Assembly: GCA_963729625.1 (NCBI GenBank)
Contig: CAVSOU010000014.1
Location: 1 to 64,000 of the forward strand
Direction: 5' to 3'
Origin: an uncultured bacterium
Lineage (GTDB): Bacteria; Chloroflexota; UBA5177; JANWHV01
Length of the DNA: 64,000 nucleotides
Shown: one piece after another, positions 19,885 to 29,525 of the stretch
Layout: every line of letters begins with the position of its first letter
How positions within the stretch are numbered: position 1 is the stretch's first letter
Position numbers and translations under genes: made by a program
Notes under the pieces: model-generated
Seen by the model: the letters and a program-made list of their open reading frames with translations, nothing else
Told to the model about the DNA's origin: nothing
Database searches by the model: none

Positions 19885-21618
19885 ATGCGTCGCGTACTTG
19901 CTCTGCTGCTATTGACCTTCGTGTTACCGCCACCGCTGGCTCTTGCGGCCGTGTCTCCGGCGTCGCGCAACCTCGCATTGTCCGGATCTTCTGCCGGTCA
20001 CTCGGCAGGAGGTGAGGTCCTGTCTGCCCCGCTGACGTCGGCAGCCCACACCGCGGGATCTCAACCCGGGTCTGAAGGCAGCGCTGCCAGTGTCACTACA
20101 GCCACTGTGACTGTCACGCCAACAACCACGATCACGGCTGCGGCCACGATCATGCCGACGTCCACCATCACGCCGACGGCCACTGCCTCGCCGCAACCCC
20201 TGTTCATCGTGCTCAACGATCCCAAGGGCGTGAAGGGTACCCAGGCTCTCGGCATCAACGCGCAGGGGGATATCGTGGGGACCTACACGGATCGCGCGGG
20301 CGTCTGCCACGGGTTCCTGCGGCATCAAGGACGCTATACCACCGTCGATGATCCGAAGGGCGCGCTGGGCACCCGAGCCCTTGGCATCAACCCGCAGGGA
20401 GATATCGTAGGCTACTATGTCGACCGCTCCGGTACTGACCACGGGTTCCTGCGGCACCAGGGACGCTACACGCCCATCGACGACCCCAAGGGCGTGCAGG
20501 GCACCCAGGCCTTGGGCGTCAACGCACAGGGCGATATCGTGGGGTACTTCCTCGATAGCGCCGGCACCAGCCACGAGTTTCTGCGGCGCCTGGACCGTTA
20601 TACCACCGTTGGTACTCCAAAGCCCTGGCAGGGCGCCGTTGCCGTGGGCATCAACGTGCAGGCCGATATCGTGGGAACCTACACCGACAGTGCCGGCCTC
20701 GCCCACGGGTTCCTGCAGCACCTGGGTCGTTACACGACCATCGACGACCCCAACGGTGTAAAGGGCACCGATCCCTTTGGAGTCAACACGCAGGGGGATA
20801 TCGTGGGTTACTACGTCGACAGCGCCGGCACCGATCACGGGTTCGTGCGGCACAAGGGCGCCTTCACCACGATCGATGTTCCCAGCGGCGTGAAGGGCAG
20901 CCAGGCTTCGGGCATCAACCCCCAGGGGGACATCGTGGGGGGATACACAGATCGGGCCGGCATCGGGCATGGGTTTCTGCTGCGCGCGGCCACCGCTACC
21001 CCCACGGCCACTGTGACAGCCACGCCGACGGGCACCGCGACGGCCACGCCCTCGCCGACTGTCACTGCCACAGCAACCGCCTCGCCGACCTTCACCGCGA
21101 CGAGCACCGCCTCGCCGAGTGCCACCGTTGCTCCTTCCGCGACCGCGACCATACCGCCGAGCCCAACGGCAACCGCTACCACGATGACCCCGCCTACAAC
21201 CATCTACAGCGGATCGGGTTTCAACGCGACGGTACCCCCCGGCTGGGTCTCCGCGCCCAATCCCAATGGCTACATGGGCTTCTCAAGCCCGGACAGCTTC
21301 GCCTACGTGGGAGTCCTGGTGCAAGCCGTGCCGAGCGGATTCACCTCGGACGAGATCCCGGTGCTGCTCCTCGTGGCGGCCTTGCAGACAGGCGCCCATA
21401 TCACCGGCACGGACCAGCCAGTCACCATAGGCTCGCTGGCAGGCGACTCATTGGCGTGCACTTCCTCAGATGGATCAGTCGCCTTCACGCTCTATCTGGT
21501 GACCGACGGCGTGCATGCACTTATCCTCCAGAGCAATTCCATGCCGTCCGCGACGCCGGCCGACATTCAGGAGGCCGCTCAGCTGGTCGCTTCGATCACG
21601 CCCAACAACAACATTTGA
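19885..21618 (+). CDS. Secreted protein: six 43-aa HAF-like repeats, Thr/Pro stalk, PsbP/DcrB-like C-terminal domain
   Basis: GAAAGGAG RBS; signal peptide; repeat unit DDPKGVQGTQALGINPQGDIVGxYxDxAGxxHGFLRHQGRYTT. Confidence 0.88.
   Translation: MRRVLALLLLTFVLPPPLALAAVSPASRNLALSGSSAGHSAGGEVLSAPLTSAAHTAGSQPGSEGSAASVTTATVTVTPTTTITAAATIMPTSTITPTATASPQPLFIVLNDPKGVKGTQALGINAQGDIVGTYTDRAGVCHGFLRHQGRYTTVDDPKGALGTRALGINPQGDIVGYYVDRSGTDHGFLRHQGRYTPIDDPKGVQGTQALGVNAQGDIVGYFLDSAGTSHEFLRRLDRYTTVGTPKPWQGAVAVGINVQADIVGTYTDSAGLAHGFLQHLGRYTTIDDPNGVKGTDPFGVNTQGDIVGYYVDSAGTDHGFVRHKGAFTTIDVPSGVKGSQASGINPQGDIVGGYTDRAGIGHGFLLRAATATPTATVTATPTGTATATPSPTVTATATASPTFTATSTASPSATVAPSATATIPPSPTATATTMTPPTTIYSGSGFNATVPPGWVSAPNPNGYMGFSSPDSFAYVGVLVQAVPSGFTSDEIPVLLLVAALQTGAHITGTDQPVTIGSLAGDSLACTSSDGSVAFTLYLVTDGVHALILQSNSMPSATPADIQEAAQLVASITPNNNI
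20212..20985 (+). repeat. Intragenic tandem repeat, 6 x 129 bp
   Basis: ggcatcaac...gatatcgtggg...cacgggttcctg recurs at a 129-bp period. Confidence 0.9.
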
Positions 21619-21654
21619 TGTGTTACCTCAGGGCACAGCAGCAGCGAAGGCACG

Positions 21655-21792
21655 GACCAGGCGTGACGAGTCTCGGCCGGATGCGTGTACGGCTGATCCA
21701 GCACATGTCGCGGAAGGCGAGCCCGCTATGCGCCCAGCAAACCAAGGAGAATGCACATGAAGCGACACCATTTGGCGTTCCTGAGCGATCTG
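21655..21792 (+). repeat. 138-bp leader+RBS+first 12 codons, copy 2
   Basis: See copy 1. Here it opens only a 42-codon ORF (21757..21885, MKRHHLAFLSDL then unrelated sequence). Confidence 0.95.
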
Positions 21793-21899
21793 ATGGTCGG
21801 CTGGGCCTGCAGAGAGCAACTGGTGAAACCGGCCACGACCGTCGTCGTGTGTCGGTTTCTTGTGGCCGGCGAAGACGCAATGTAGGTGGGAGACATCTG

Positions 21900-24800
21900 A
21901 TGTCATCTTTTCGGGAACTAAGTACTGGTGGGTTCCGGTACCTGCTGCTCGTGCTCCTGCTCGGGATGGTCGCGCCACTCTTCCCAGGTAAAGCGAGGGC
22001 GACACCAGCCAGCGACGTGGACACGCCCGTAATGCTCCCCGACTCCACATGTACCGGCGCACTGAGTTCTGGGATGCTGTTCCTCATTCCCGGTAACTTC
22101 AACCAATTCCCCTCGGGGACTGGCACCGTGTGCGCGGATGTCTCCACCTTCGGCCTCGCCGCCGCGGCAGTTGGGGTAGTGATTTACAGCAGCGCTGGGC
22201 AGGTGGTGTACCGAACGCCGCCAGGCTCGACCGCCACAGGATATCTCGACTTCGGCGGGGGCGCGTACGACGTGATGTTTACCGGGCTCTGCTACCAAAA
22301 CGCGTGCAATACTATCTGGCCGGACGGTGGGTATCTAACTGACGTCCTCCTCAATGGCACAGTCGCATCGACGGTCAACTGGACAGTAGGGACCGCCACA
22401 CCGCCACCAGCACCGACGGACACGGGCACCAGCACGCCACTCCCGACCGCAACCTTTACCCCGGTGCCGCCGACCGCGACGCCGCTACCACCTACCAGCA
22501 CGCCGCCACCGCCGACCGCGACGCCGGTGCCCACTGTTCCGCTCCCCTCGGTCAGCACTGCGGCAACCACGGCGTACTTCGCCCACGGGAACACCGGCAC
22601 CGCCAAGGTGAACGGCAAGGTGACCTTCACCGAACGCCTGTACTTGTACAATCCCGAAGCAACGCCCTCGAATGTGACCATCGCCTACGCGGTGTACAAT
22701 CCGGCAACCCAAGCCCGTACCACGCTCACAAAGCATCAAACGGTCGTGCCTGGTACGACGGTGTCGCGCCTGGTGAACCTGGATACTGGCAATGACCGGA
22801 TGGTAAGCGCCACGGTGATCGCCCCGGCGGGCATTGTGGCCGAAGAAGTCATCAGCCGTACCCGCGCCGACGGCACGGTTCTGGACTCCGACAGCAGTCT
22901 GGGCTGCGCTCGACTGTCCACGAGCTGGAATCTGGCCGAAGGCAATACCGGCGGCAGCATGGACGAGGACCTTACCCTGTATGACCCGGGTGATAGCCCC
23001 GCCCTCGCCCAGGTCCGCTACGCAGCCGGCACTGCCGCTTCCGTTCCTGTGCCTGCACACGGCCAAGTTACGCTCAACGTCGGCAAGCACCTGGGGCCTC
23101 TGGCAGCGAAGAGCGTTGCTGTGCAGGTCAGTTCGGACGTCGCCATTGCGGTCGATCAGGCGATGTATTGGGGCGACGGCAGCGGAATGGCAAAGTACGG
23201 CTACTCCCTCTCTCCAGCGATTGCGCTGGGCATGCAGAGCCAGTACTTCGCCCTGCTGCCTACGTCTGGCGGCTCGCAGTCGTTCGTTACCGTGCTGAAC
23301 CCAAACGCGGGCAAGGTGCGTGTGACGCTAAGCGTATTCAACACCGTGGGCGCCACCCTCCGGACCGTGTCCGTAACGGTGGCCGGCCACGCCCACACAG
23401 CATTCGCCGTATCGAGCCTGGTGTCCGGCGAACCCGGCTATGTCTCGGCAGGACTGGTGAGCACCCCGGCTGCAGTGGTGGCCGAAGCGAGCGTATACTT
23501 CGGCGGCGCGCCAAACATCGGGCGCCGTCCCGGGCTGGTCATCCAGGGGAGTGCAGGTGCGCAGGTCGGCGCCCGTGCCGACGTCGACGCGCGCGGCGGT
23601 CAGCTGGGCATCTTCAATCCCAGCGCAAGTCCTGCACGTGTGCAGGTGCTCCTCGGCAGCAGCGTGGTCCGTGACTCGACGGTACCCGCGAACGCCACCG
23701 AAGTGATCCAGAATCCAGGCCGCAAGGAGTGCCCGCGGCGTGACGGTCTTGGCCAGCACGAATGTCACTGCCACGCTGATCAACGGAGGGCTTGGACAGG
23801 TGCGCGCGTGGGGCGGTGTCGTGGGGTCCTCGTTGGTCTCTCCTGCAGTGACAGCCATGTCGACAGCAACGTTACCGCCTGCTAGCGGCACAGCTCAAGC
23901 ACATGCGACTGTGACCGCGACGGCATCTGCGTTGGTCGTGGGGACGCCGACTGCCTCCGCCATCGCCACCGCCACCATTTCCGCGCCCACCTCGATCGCC
24001 ATGCCCAGTGCGACCGTCATGCCCACGGCCGGGGGCGCGTTCACGTGGACCGCTCGACAGTCGGGTACCAGCGCCTTGCTGAATGGCGTCGCCTGCCCAA
24101 GCGCCAACGCGTGCCTGGCCGTCGGCGACTCAAGCACCATCGTGAGCAGCTCGGACGTCGGCGCAACCTGGAGCAGCCGTCAGTACGGGACCAACAACTA
24201 CTTTGATGCCGTCACTTGCATCAGCAGCACTACGTGCCTCGTTGTGGGCGAGTACGGCACCATTCTGGCCAGCACCGACGGTGGGGCCACTTGGAGCAGC
24301 CGGCAGTCAGGCACCAACGACTGGCTGGCTGCCGTCACCTGCGCTACACCCAGCACCTGCGTGAGCGTGGGCGAGCCGGGTACTATCGTGGTTAGCGCCG
24401 ACGGCGGCGCGACCTGGTCCAGCCGGCAATCCGGTACCATGCTCCCGCTGTGGGGCGTTGCCTGTCCGAGCGCCTCGACCTGCCTGGCCGTGGGCCAATC
24501 GGGCACGATCCTGGCCAGCACGGATGGCGGCGTCACCTGGACTGCCCGGCAGTCCGGTACCAGCAAGCACCTTGGTGCCGTCACCTGCGCAAGTGGCACA
24601 GCGTGCTTAGCGGTGGGCCAATCGGGCACTATCCTGGCGACCACCGACGGCGGCGCTACCTGGACCAGTCGGCAGTCCAATTCTGACTCTGACCTCTTCG
24701 GGGTCACTTGCCCAAGCACCAGCACGTGCCTGGCCGTGGGCACCCAGGGCACCATCCTGGCCAGCACGGACGGCGGTGTCACGTGGAGTAGCCGGCAGTC

Positions 24801-24909
24801 CGGCACCAGCATCCAATTCAACGCCGTTGCGTGCGCAAGCGGTGCTGCCTGCCAGGCTGTGGGGGACTCCGGCACCATCGAGTCCACTGTCCAAACTGCC
24901 ACTATCTAG
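21900..24909 (+). CDS. Large secreted protein: N-domain, Pro/Thr linker, DUF5719-like beta-sandwich region, seven Cys-containing BNR/YCF48-like repeats; one frameshift near 23712
   Basis: Signal peptide ending ARA; YFAHGNTG..ERLYLYNP and WNLAEGNTG..LTLYDPG. Removing one A in atccagaatccag joins ORFs 21456..23885 and 23740..24909. Confidence 0.8.
24046..24885 (+). repeat. Intragenic tandem repeat, 7 x 123 bp (41 aa)
   Basis: WxxRQSGTxxxLxxVxCxSxxxCLAVGxxGTILASTDGGxT. Confidence 0.9.
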
Positions 24910-25256
24910 CAGGGAGCATTGGGGGTAGAGAGATATTGCACACGCGTCGGAGGCTCAAGCGAGCCAGCAATCTTTTGCCGGCGCTAGACTCAGCGCCGGT
25001 CCCGGGCACGCGGCTGCTGGCCGGGTGGGCGGGCGGTTGTGCAACCTGCTTTGGCCCCAACACTATCCAGCAGCGAGAGGCAGATCGTTATGAATATGCA
25101 GGTACTGCCGGCCAATGTGAGCGAAGAACATCGAGCGCCTAGCGCAGACCTCCGAAACGGTTGTCTGCCTCGCAACCAGCGATTGCTCACGCGACTCGAT
25201 TCCTTCTTCCTGACTGAAATAGCTCTGAAGCGCCATGAAGGTGAAAGGAGTTCCCC

Positions 25257-27881
25257 GTGCGTTGCGTAGTTGCTGTGTTCCTGTTGATCCTCGTACTACC
25301 GGCGCCGCTGGCCGCTGTGGCCGCGTCCCCGGCGTCACGTCGCCCGACACTGTCCGCATTGCCGGCTCGTCAATCTGTCGTACGCGACGCTTTGAACACG
25401 CCAGCGACGTCGGCGCCACACCCCGGGGAATCCCAACCCGTGCTTGAGGTCGCAGCGACCGCCGCCATCGCAGCCGCCGTGACCGTCATGCCGGCCGCCA
25501 ACGCTTCGCCGGGTACGCAGCCCACGCCGCAGGATCGCTACGCCACCATCGATGATCCGGCCGGAGTGCAGGGCAGCGACGCCTATGGCATCAACCCGCA
25601 GGGGGACATCGCAGGGTCCTACCTCGATGGCGCCCGTATCGCTCACGGGTTCCTGCTGCACCAGGGTAGCTACTCTCCCATCGATGATCCGAACGGCGTG
25701 CAAGGCACCCAGGCCATCGGCATCAACCCGCAGGGAGACATCGTAGGGGACGATACCGATAGCGCCGGCACCAAGCACGGGTTCCTGCTGCACGAGGGGA
25801 CCTACACCACCATCGATGATCCGAGCGGCGTGCAGGGCACCCAGGCCTTTGGCATCAATCCGCAAGGGGATATCGTGGGGGAGTATACCGATGGCGCAGG
25901 CATGGGCCACGGGTTCCTGCTGCACCAGGGGACCTACACCACCATCGATGATCCCAATCGCGTGCAGGGCACCCAGGCCTTTGGCATCAATCCGCAAGGG
26001 GATATCGTGGGGGAGTATACCGATGGCGCCGGCATCTGGCACGGGTTCCTGCTGCACCAGGGCACCTATACCACCATCGATGATCCGAGCGGCGTGCAGA
26101 GCACCTTGGCTTCGGGCATCAACCCGCAGGGGGACATTGTGGGGGCCTACGCAGATGGCACCGGACTCTACCACGGGTTCTTGCTGCACGACGGCACGTA
26201 CACCACCATCGACGATCCCAAGGGCGTCCAAGGCACTCAGGCCTTTAGCATCGACCCGCAGGGAGATATCGCGGGCTCCTACCTCGATAGCGTCCACACC
26301 CTGCATGCCTTCATGCTGAGCACGGTCAATATGGTCCAGGTCCAGGTCCAGCAGACGCCTACCCCGGCGGCTTCTCAACCCAGTCTTCAGGTCACCGCTC
26401 CCGCAGCCACCACAGCCACCATGACTGTCACGCCGACGGCCACCGTCACGCCGACGGCCACTGTTACGCCGACGGGTCCGTACAGCACCATCGATGATCC
26501 CAAAGGCGTGAAGGGCAGCGATGTCTACGCCATCAACCCGCAGGGGGACATTGTGGGGTACTACGCCGATAAAGCCGGCATTAACCACGGGTTCCTGCGG
26601 CACCAGGGCACCTTCAGCACCGTCGATGATCCGAAGGGAGTGCGGGGCACGCAGGCCCTGGGCATCAATCCGCAGGGGGATGTCGTGGGCGAGTACTACG
26701 ATGTATCAGGCGCCTACCACGGGTTCCTGCGCCACCGGGGCAAGTACACCACCGTCGACGATCCCAGCGGCGTGCAGGGCACGCAAGCAGTCGGAATCAA
26801 CCCGCAGGAGGACATCGTGGGGGCATACCACGCTGCCGACAGCGCGTACCACGGATTTCTGCTGCACCACGGACAGTACACCACCATCGACGATCCGAAC
26901 GGCGTGCTCGGCAGCTGGGCCTTCGGCATCAACGCGCAAGGCGACATCGTGGGCGTGTACTACGATTTGTTCGGCAGCTACCACGGCTTCCTCCGGCACC
27001 AGGGGCGCTACACCACCATCGACGATCCGAAGGGCGCACAGGGCACCTGGGCGGAAGGCATCAACACGCTGGGGGATATCGTGGGGAACTACGTCGATAG
27101 TGCCGGCGCCAGGCATGGGTTCCTGCTACACCGGGGCCGCTACACCACCGTCGATAATCCGAACGGCGTACGGGGCTCCGAGAACGTTGGCGTCAACCCG
27201 CAGGGGGATATCGTGGGGGACTACATCGATAGCGCCGACATCGAGCACGGGTTCCTGCGGCATGCGGTCGCCGCTGCTGCTAGCCCCAAAGCCGCCCTGA
27301 CAGTCACGCCGACACCTACCGCTTCGCCAAGTGCCACCGAGACGAACACCCCTGCGGTGAGTCCCACCGTCGCTCCGTCCGCTACGCCAAGCGTGCCGCC
27401 GAGCCCGACCGCAACCGCTACCGCGACGGTTTCCCCGCCGGCGAGCAACTTTAGCGGCGCGGGCTTCGACGCGACAGTACCCAGCGGCTGGACCTCTGCG
27501 CCTGCATCCGGCGGCTTCACAGCCTTCTCAAGCGCGAACGGTGACGCCGTTGTCGGAGTGGAGGTGCGAGCGGTACCTAGCGGATTCGCACCGGCTGACA
27601 TCCCGGCACTGATCACTAACTCGGCACTGCAATCGAGCCAGCAGGCGGGTTTCCAGATCACCGTTACCAATATGCAGGCGGTCACAATAGGCTCTCTGAA
27701 CGGTTACTCAGCAACGGGCACCCCCTCGGACGGGTCAGTGACCTTTCGGTTCTACATTGTGACCGACGGCGTGCACTTGCTTATCGTCCAAAGCAATTCT
27801 ATGCCGTCCACGCTGCCGGCCGACATTCAACAGGCCGCCCAGCTTTTAGCTTCGATCACGCTGACTTCCGGGGCCGTGTAG
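25257..27881 (+). CDS. Secreted paralogue of 19885 with two blocks of six 43-aa repeats and the same C-terminal domain
   Basis: Same GAAAGGAGTTC RBS context and signal peptide; repeat blocks at ~25540-26320 and ~26480-27262; C-domain GFDATVPSGW...LIVQSNSMPS..ADIQQAAQLLASIT. Confidence 0.88.
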   Translation: MRCVVAVFLLILVLPAPLAAVAASPASRRPTLSALPARQSVVRDALNTPATSAPHPGESQPVLEVAATAAIAAAVTVMPAANASPGTQPTPQDRYATIDDPAGVQGSDAYGINPQGDIAGSYLDGARIAHGFLLHQGSYSPIDDPNGVQGTQAIGINPQGDIVGDDTDSAGTKHGFLLHEGTYTTIDDPSGVQGTQAFGINPQGDIVGEYTDGAGMGHGFLLHQGTYTTIDDPNRVQGTQAFGINPQGDIVGEYTDGAGIWHGFLLHQGTYTTIDDPSGVQSTLASGINPQGDIVGAYADGTGLYHGFLLHDGTYTTIDDPKGVQGTQAFSIDPQGDIAGSYLDSVHTLHAFMLSTVNMVQVQVQQTPTPAASQPSLQVTAPAATTATMTVTPTATVTPTATVTPTGPYSTIDDPKGVKGSDVYAINPQGDIVGYYADKAGINHGFLRHQGTFSTVDDPKGVRGTQALGINPQGDVVGEYYDVSGAYHGFLRHRGKYTTVDDPSGVQGTQAVGINPQEDIVGAYHAADSAYHGFLLHHGQYTTIDDPNGVLGSWAFGINAQGDIVGVYYDLFGSYHGFLRHQGRYTTIDDPKGAQGTWAEGINTLGDIVGNYVDSAGARHGFLLHRGRYTTVDNPNGVRGSENVGVNPQGDIVGDYIDSADIEHGFLRHAVAAAASPKAALTVTPTPTASPSATETNTPAVSPTVAPSATPSVPPSPTATATATVSPPASNFSGAGFDATVPSGWTSAPASGGFTAFSSANGDAVVGVEVRAVPSGFAPADIPALITNSALQSSQQAGFQITVTNMQAVTIGSLNGYSATGTPSDGSVTFRFYIVTDGVHLLIVQSNSMPSTLPADIQQAAQLLASITLTSGAV

Positions 27882-28209
27882 GCCCGGTCCTAGATTGCCG
27901 GGTTGCCGGTGGGTATCCTGCAGATTTCCGTATCTCTCCCGGAAGAGCGCGATCACCGGGCGGAGCAGGGTTGTGCTGCCCGGACAGTGCCACCGGAGAG
28001 GGTCGGCTGAATTGCGCGCAGGTCGCCGGAGATGTGATGGACACTCGTTGCCGCGCGGGCCAACCCGCGACCGTAGCATTTCGGCCATCAGCGAGTGAGC
28101 TATGGTCAGTGCCGTCTTGGTGCCAGAGCGAAGGCACGCCACATCAGGGAACCCGCGGTAAGCACCCTGACGTGACGCCGGCCGCCCCAACCGGTGACGC
28201 CGCACGCTG

Positions 28210-28330
28210 TCAGAGAGCCACGCGTGCGTTCAACAGCCTAGAAGGCTTGCTGGGGGTCGTCAACGGACAGTGCGGCAAAGCTGGTGAAGCCGGCTTCACT
28301 GGCCAATTGGCGTGCTCTGTCCGGGCCTAC
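28210..28330 (-). pseudogene. Remnant resembling the C-terminus of a class I SAM methyltransferase
   Basis: Minus strand reads GPDRARQLASEAGFTSFAALSVDDPQQAF*AVER; resemblance judged from memory only. Confidence 0.3.
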
Positions 28331-28506
28331 ACTGCTCGAGGCCGTAGCGGTAGGGGTCGCGCACGTGCAGGTCCGACAGGCGCAGCTCGCGCATGTGCAG
28401 CAGCCAAGTGGTGGCGATGCCGCTGGTGGGCATGGCGGCGTCGTCGGCCGCTTGGTTGAGGATCTGCCACAGGTTGAGCGTGCTTCGTCAGCGAAGATGA
28501 AGCATA

Positions 28507-28578
28507 TTGCGTGATGCGCAACGAATTTGCGTATGAGGCAATATTCGCTTGACTGTACGGTTTTCCGCGTGCTATGGT
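28507..28578 (+). promoter_or_regulatory. Two 15-bp palindromic boxes plus sigma70 promoter of the IclR-iol operon
   Basis: TTGCG-N5-CGCAA (28507-21) and TTGCG-N5-GGCAA (28527-41); TTGACT (28549), 18-nt spacer, TATGGT with upstream TG. Confidence 0.65.
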
Positions 28579-28627
28579 CACCAGTATTGTTCGAGCGATA
28601 GCGACGAACGGCGGACGAGGACCAGAG

Positions 28628-29410
28628 GTGATCAACTCGTTAGCTCGCGGTCTCGAAACGCTGCGAATCTTGGCCAAAGCTGATGGGCCGCTGGGCGTCA
28701 GCGACCTCGCCGCGAGGTTGGCGGTCGATCCCAGCTCGAGCTACCGCATTCTCGCTACGCTCGAGCGCTACGGCTTTGTGGCCCAGGAGCTGCGCGGGAA
28801 AAAGTACTCGCTTGGCTTCGAGCCTCTGATGCTGGCAGACGCCGTGCTCCGGCGCCTTGACGTGGTTTCGCTTTCGAGACGACACCTCGTCGATCTCGTC
28901 GCGCGCACCGGAGAGAGCGGGCACCTCGCCGTCTTGAGCGGCGCGAACGCCGTATTCGTGGGCCGCGAGACCGCCGTCGCGATGCTGCGCGTGGAGACAA
29001 CCGTGGGAACCTCCGAGCCGGCGCATTGCACTGCGGTTGGGAAGGCGCTCCTGTTCGACTTCAGCGCTCCGGAGCTTCGAGAACTCTTCGGCGGCGCCGC
29101 ACTGCCACGTTTCACGGATCAGACGATCACGTCGGTGGATGAGCTGATGGATGACCTCGCCCGGTCGCGTCCCCGTGGTTACGCGTACGACGACCAAGAG
29201 CTCCATGCGGGCGTGCGCTGCCTCGCGGCGCCATTGCGCACGCACCAGGGAAAGATCTTAGCGGCACTCGGGATCTCCGGCCCCAGTGCTCGCTTGACGC
29301 GCGAGCGAACGCCCGAGCTGGCGGCAGTAGTCTGCGAGGTCGCGGTAGAGCTTTCGGTGGAGCTGGGGGCGCCGCGGCCCTACGTCGAGGCCGGATGCGC
29401 GTTAACGTGA
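28628..29410 (+). CDS. IclR-family transcriptional regulator
   Basis: INSLARGLETL HTH, TGESGHLAV, AHCTAVGKALL, GYAYDDQE, CLAAP, ISGP. Confidence 0.93.
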   Translation: MINSLARGLETLRILAKADGPLGVSDLAARLAVDPSSSYRILATLERYGFVAQELRGKKYSLGFEPLMLADAVLRRLDVVSLSRRHLVDLVARTGESGHLAVLSGANAVFVGRETAVAMLRVETTVGTSEPAHCTAVGKALLFDFSAPELRELFGGAALPRFTDQTITSVDELMDDLARSRPRGYAYDDQELHAGVRCLAAPLRTHQGKILAALGISGPSARLTRERTPELAAVVCEVAVELSVELGAPRPYVEAGCALT

Positions 29411-29525
29411 CTCACGCGGCAATTGGAGGATCAGTCATGTCAGTTCGACGTCCGCGGGCGCTTGGCGACCGCGTCCGTCACTTTGCGGGCTAGGATCTGA
29501 ACGCGGCCAGGAGAGGGGGGTTAAC

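Noticed and set aside
20212-27262. 129-bp and 123-bp periodic repeats as a CRISPR array or DGR template/variable repeats
   Set aside because: They are in-frame coding repeats with no unique spacers; no cas or reverse transcriptase gene is present and I saw no adenine-specific pattern.
27885-27910. TAGATTGCCGGGTTGCCG resembling the 3' end of a c-di-GMP-I riboswitch
   Set aside because: The 5' GGCAAA...GAAA...GACGCAAAG part is absent and the upstream sequence is coding.
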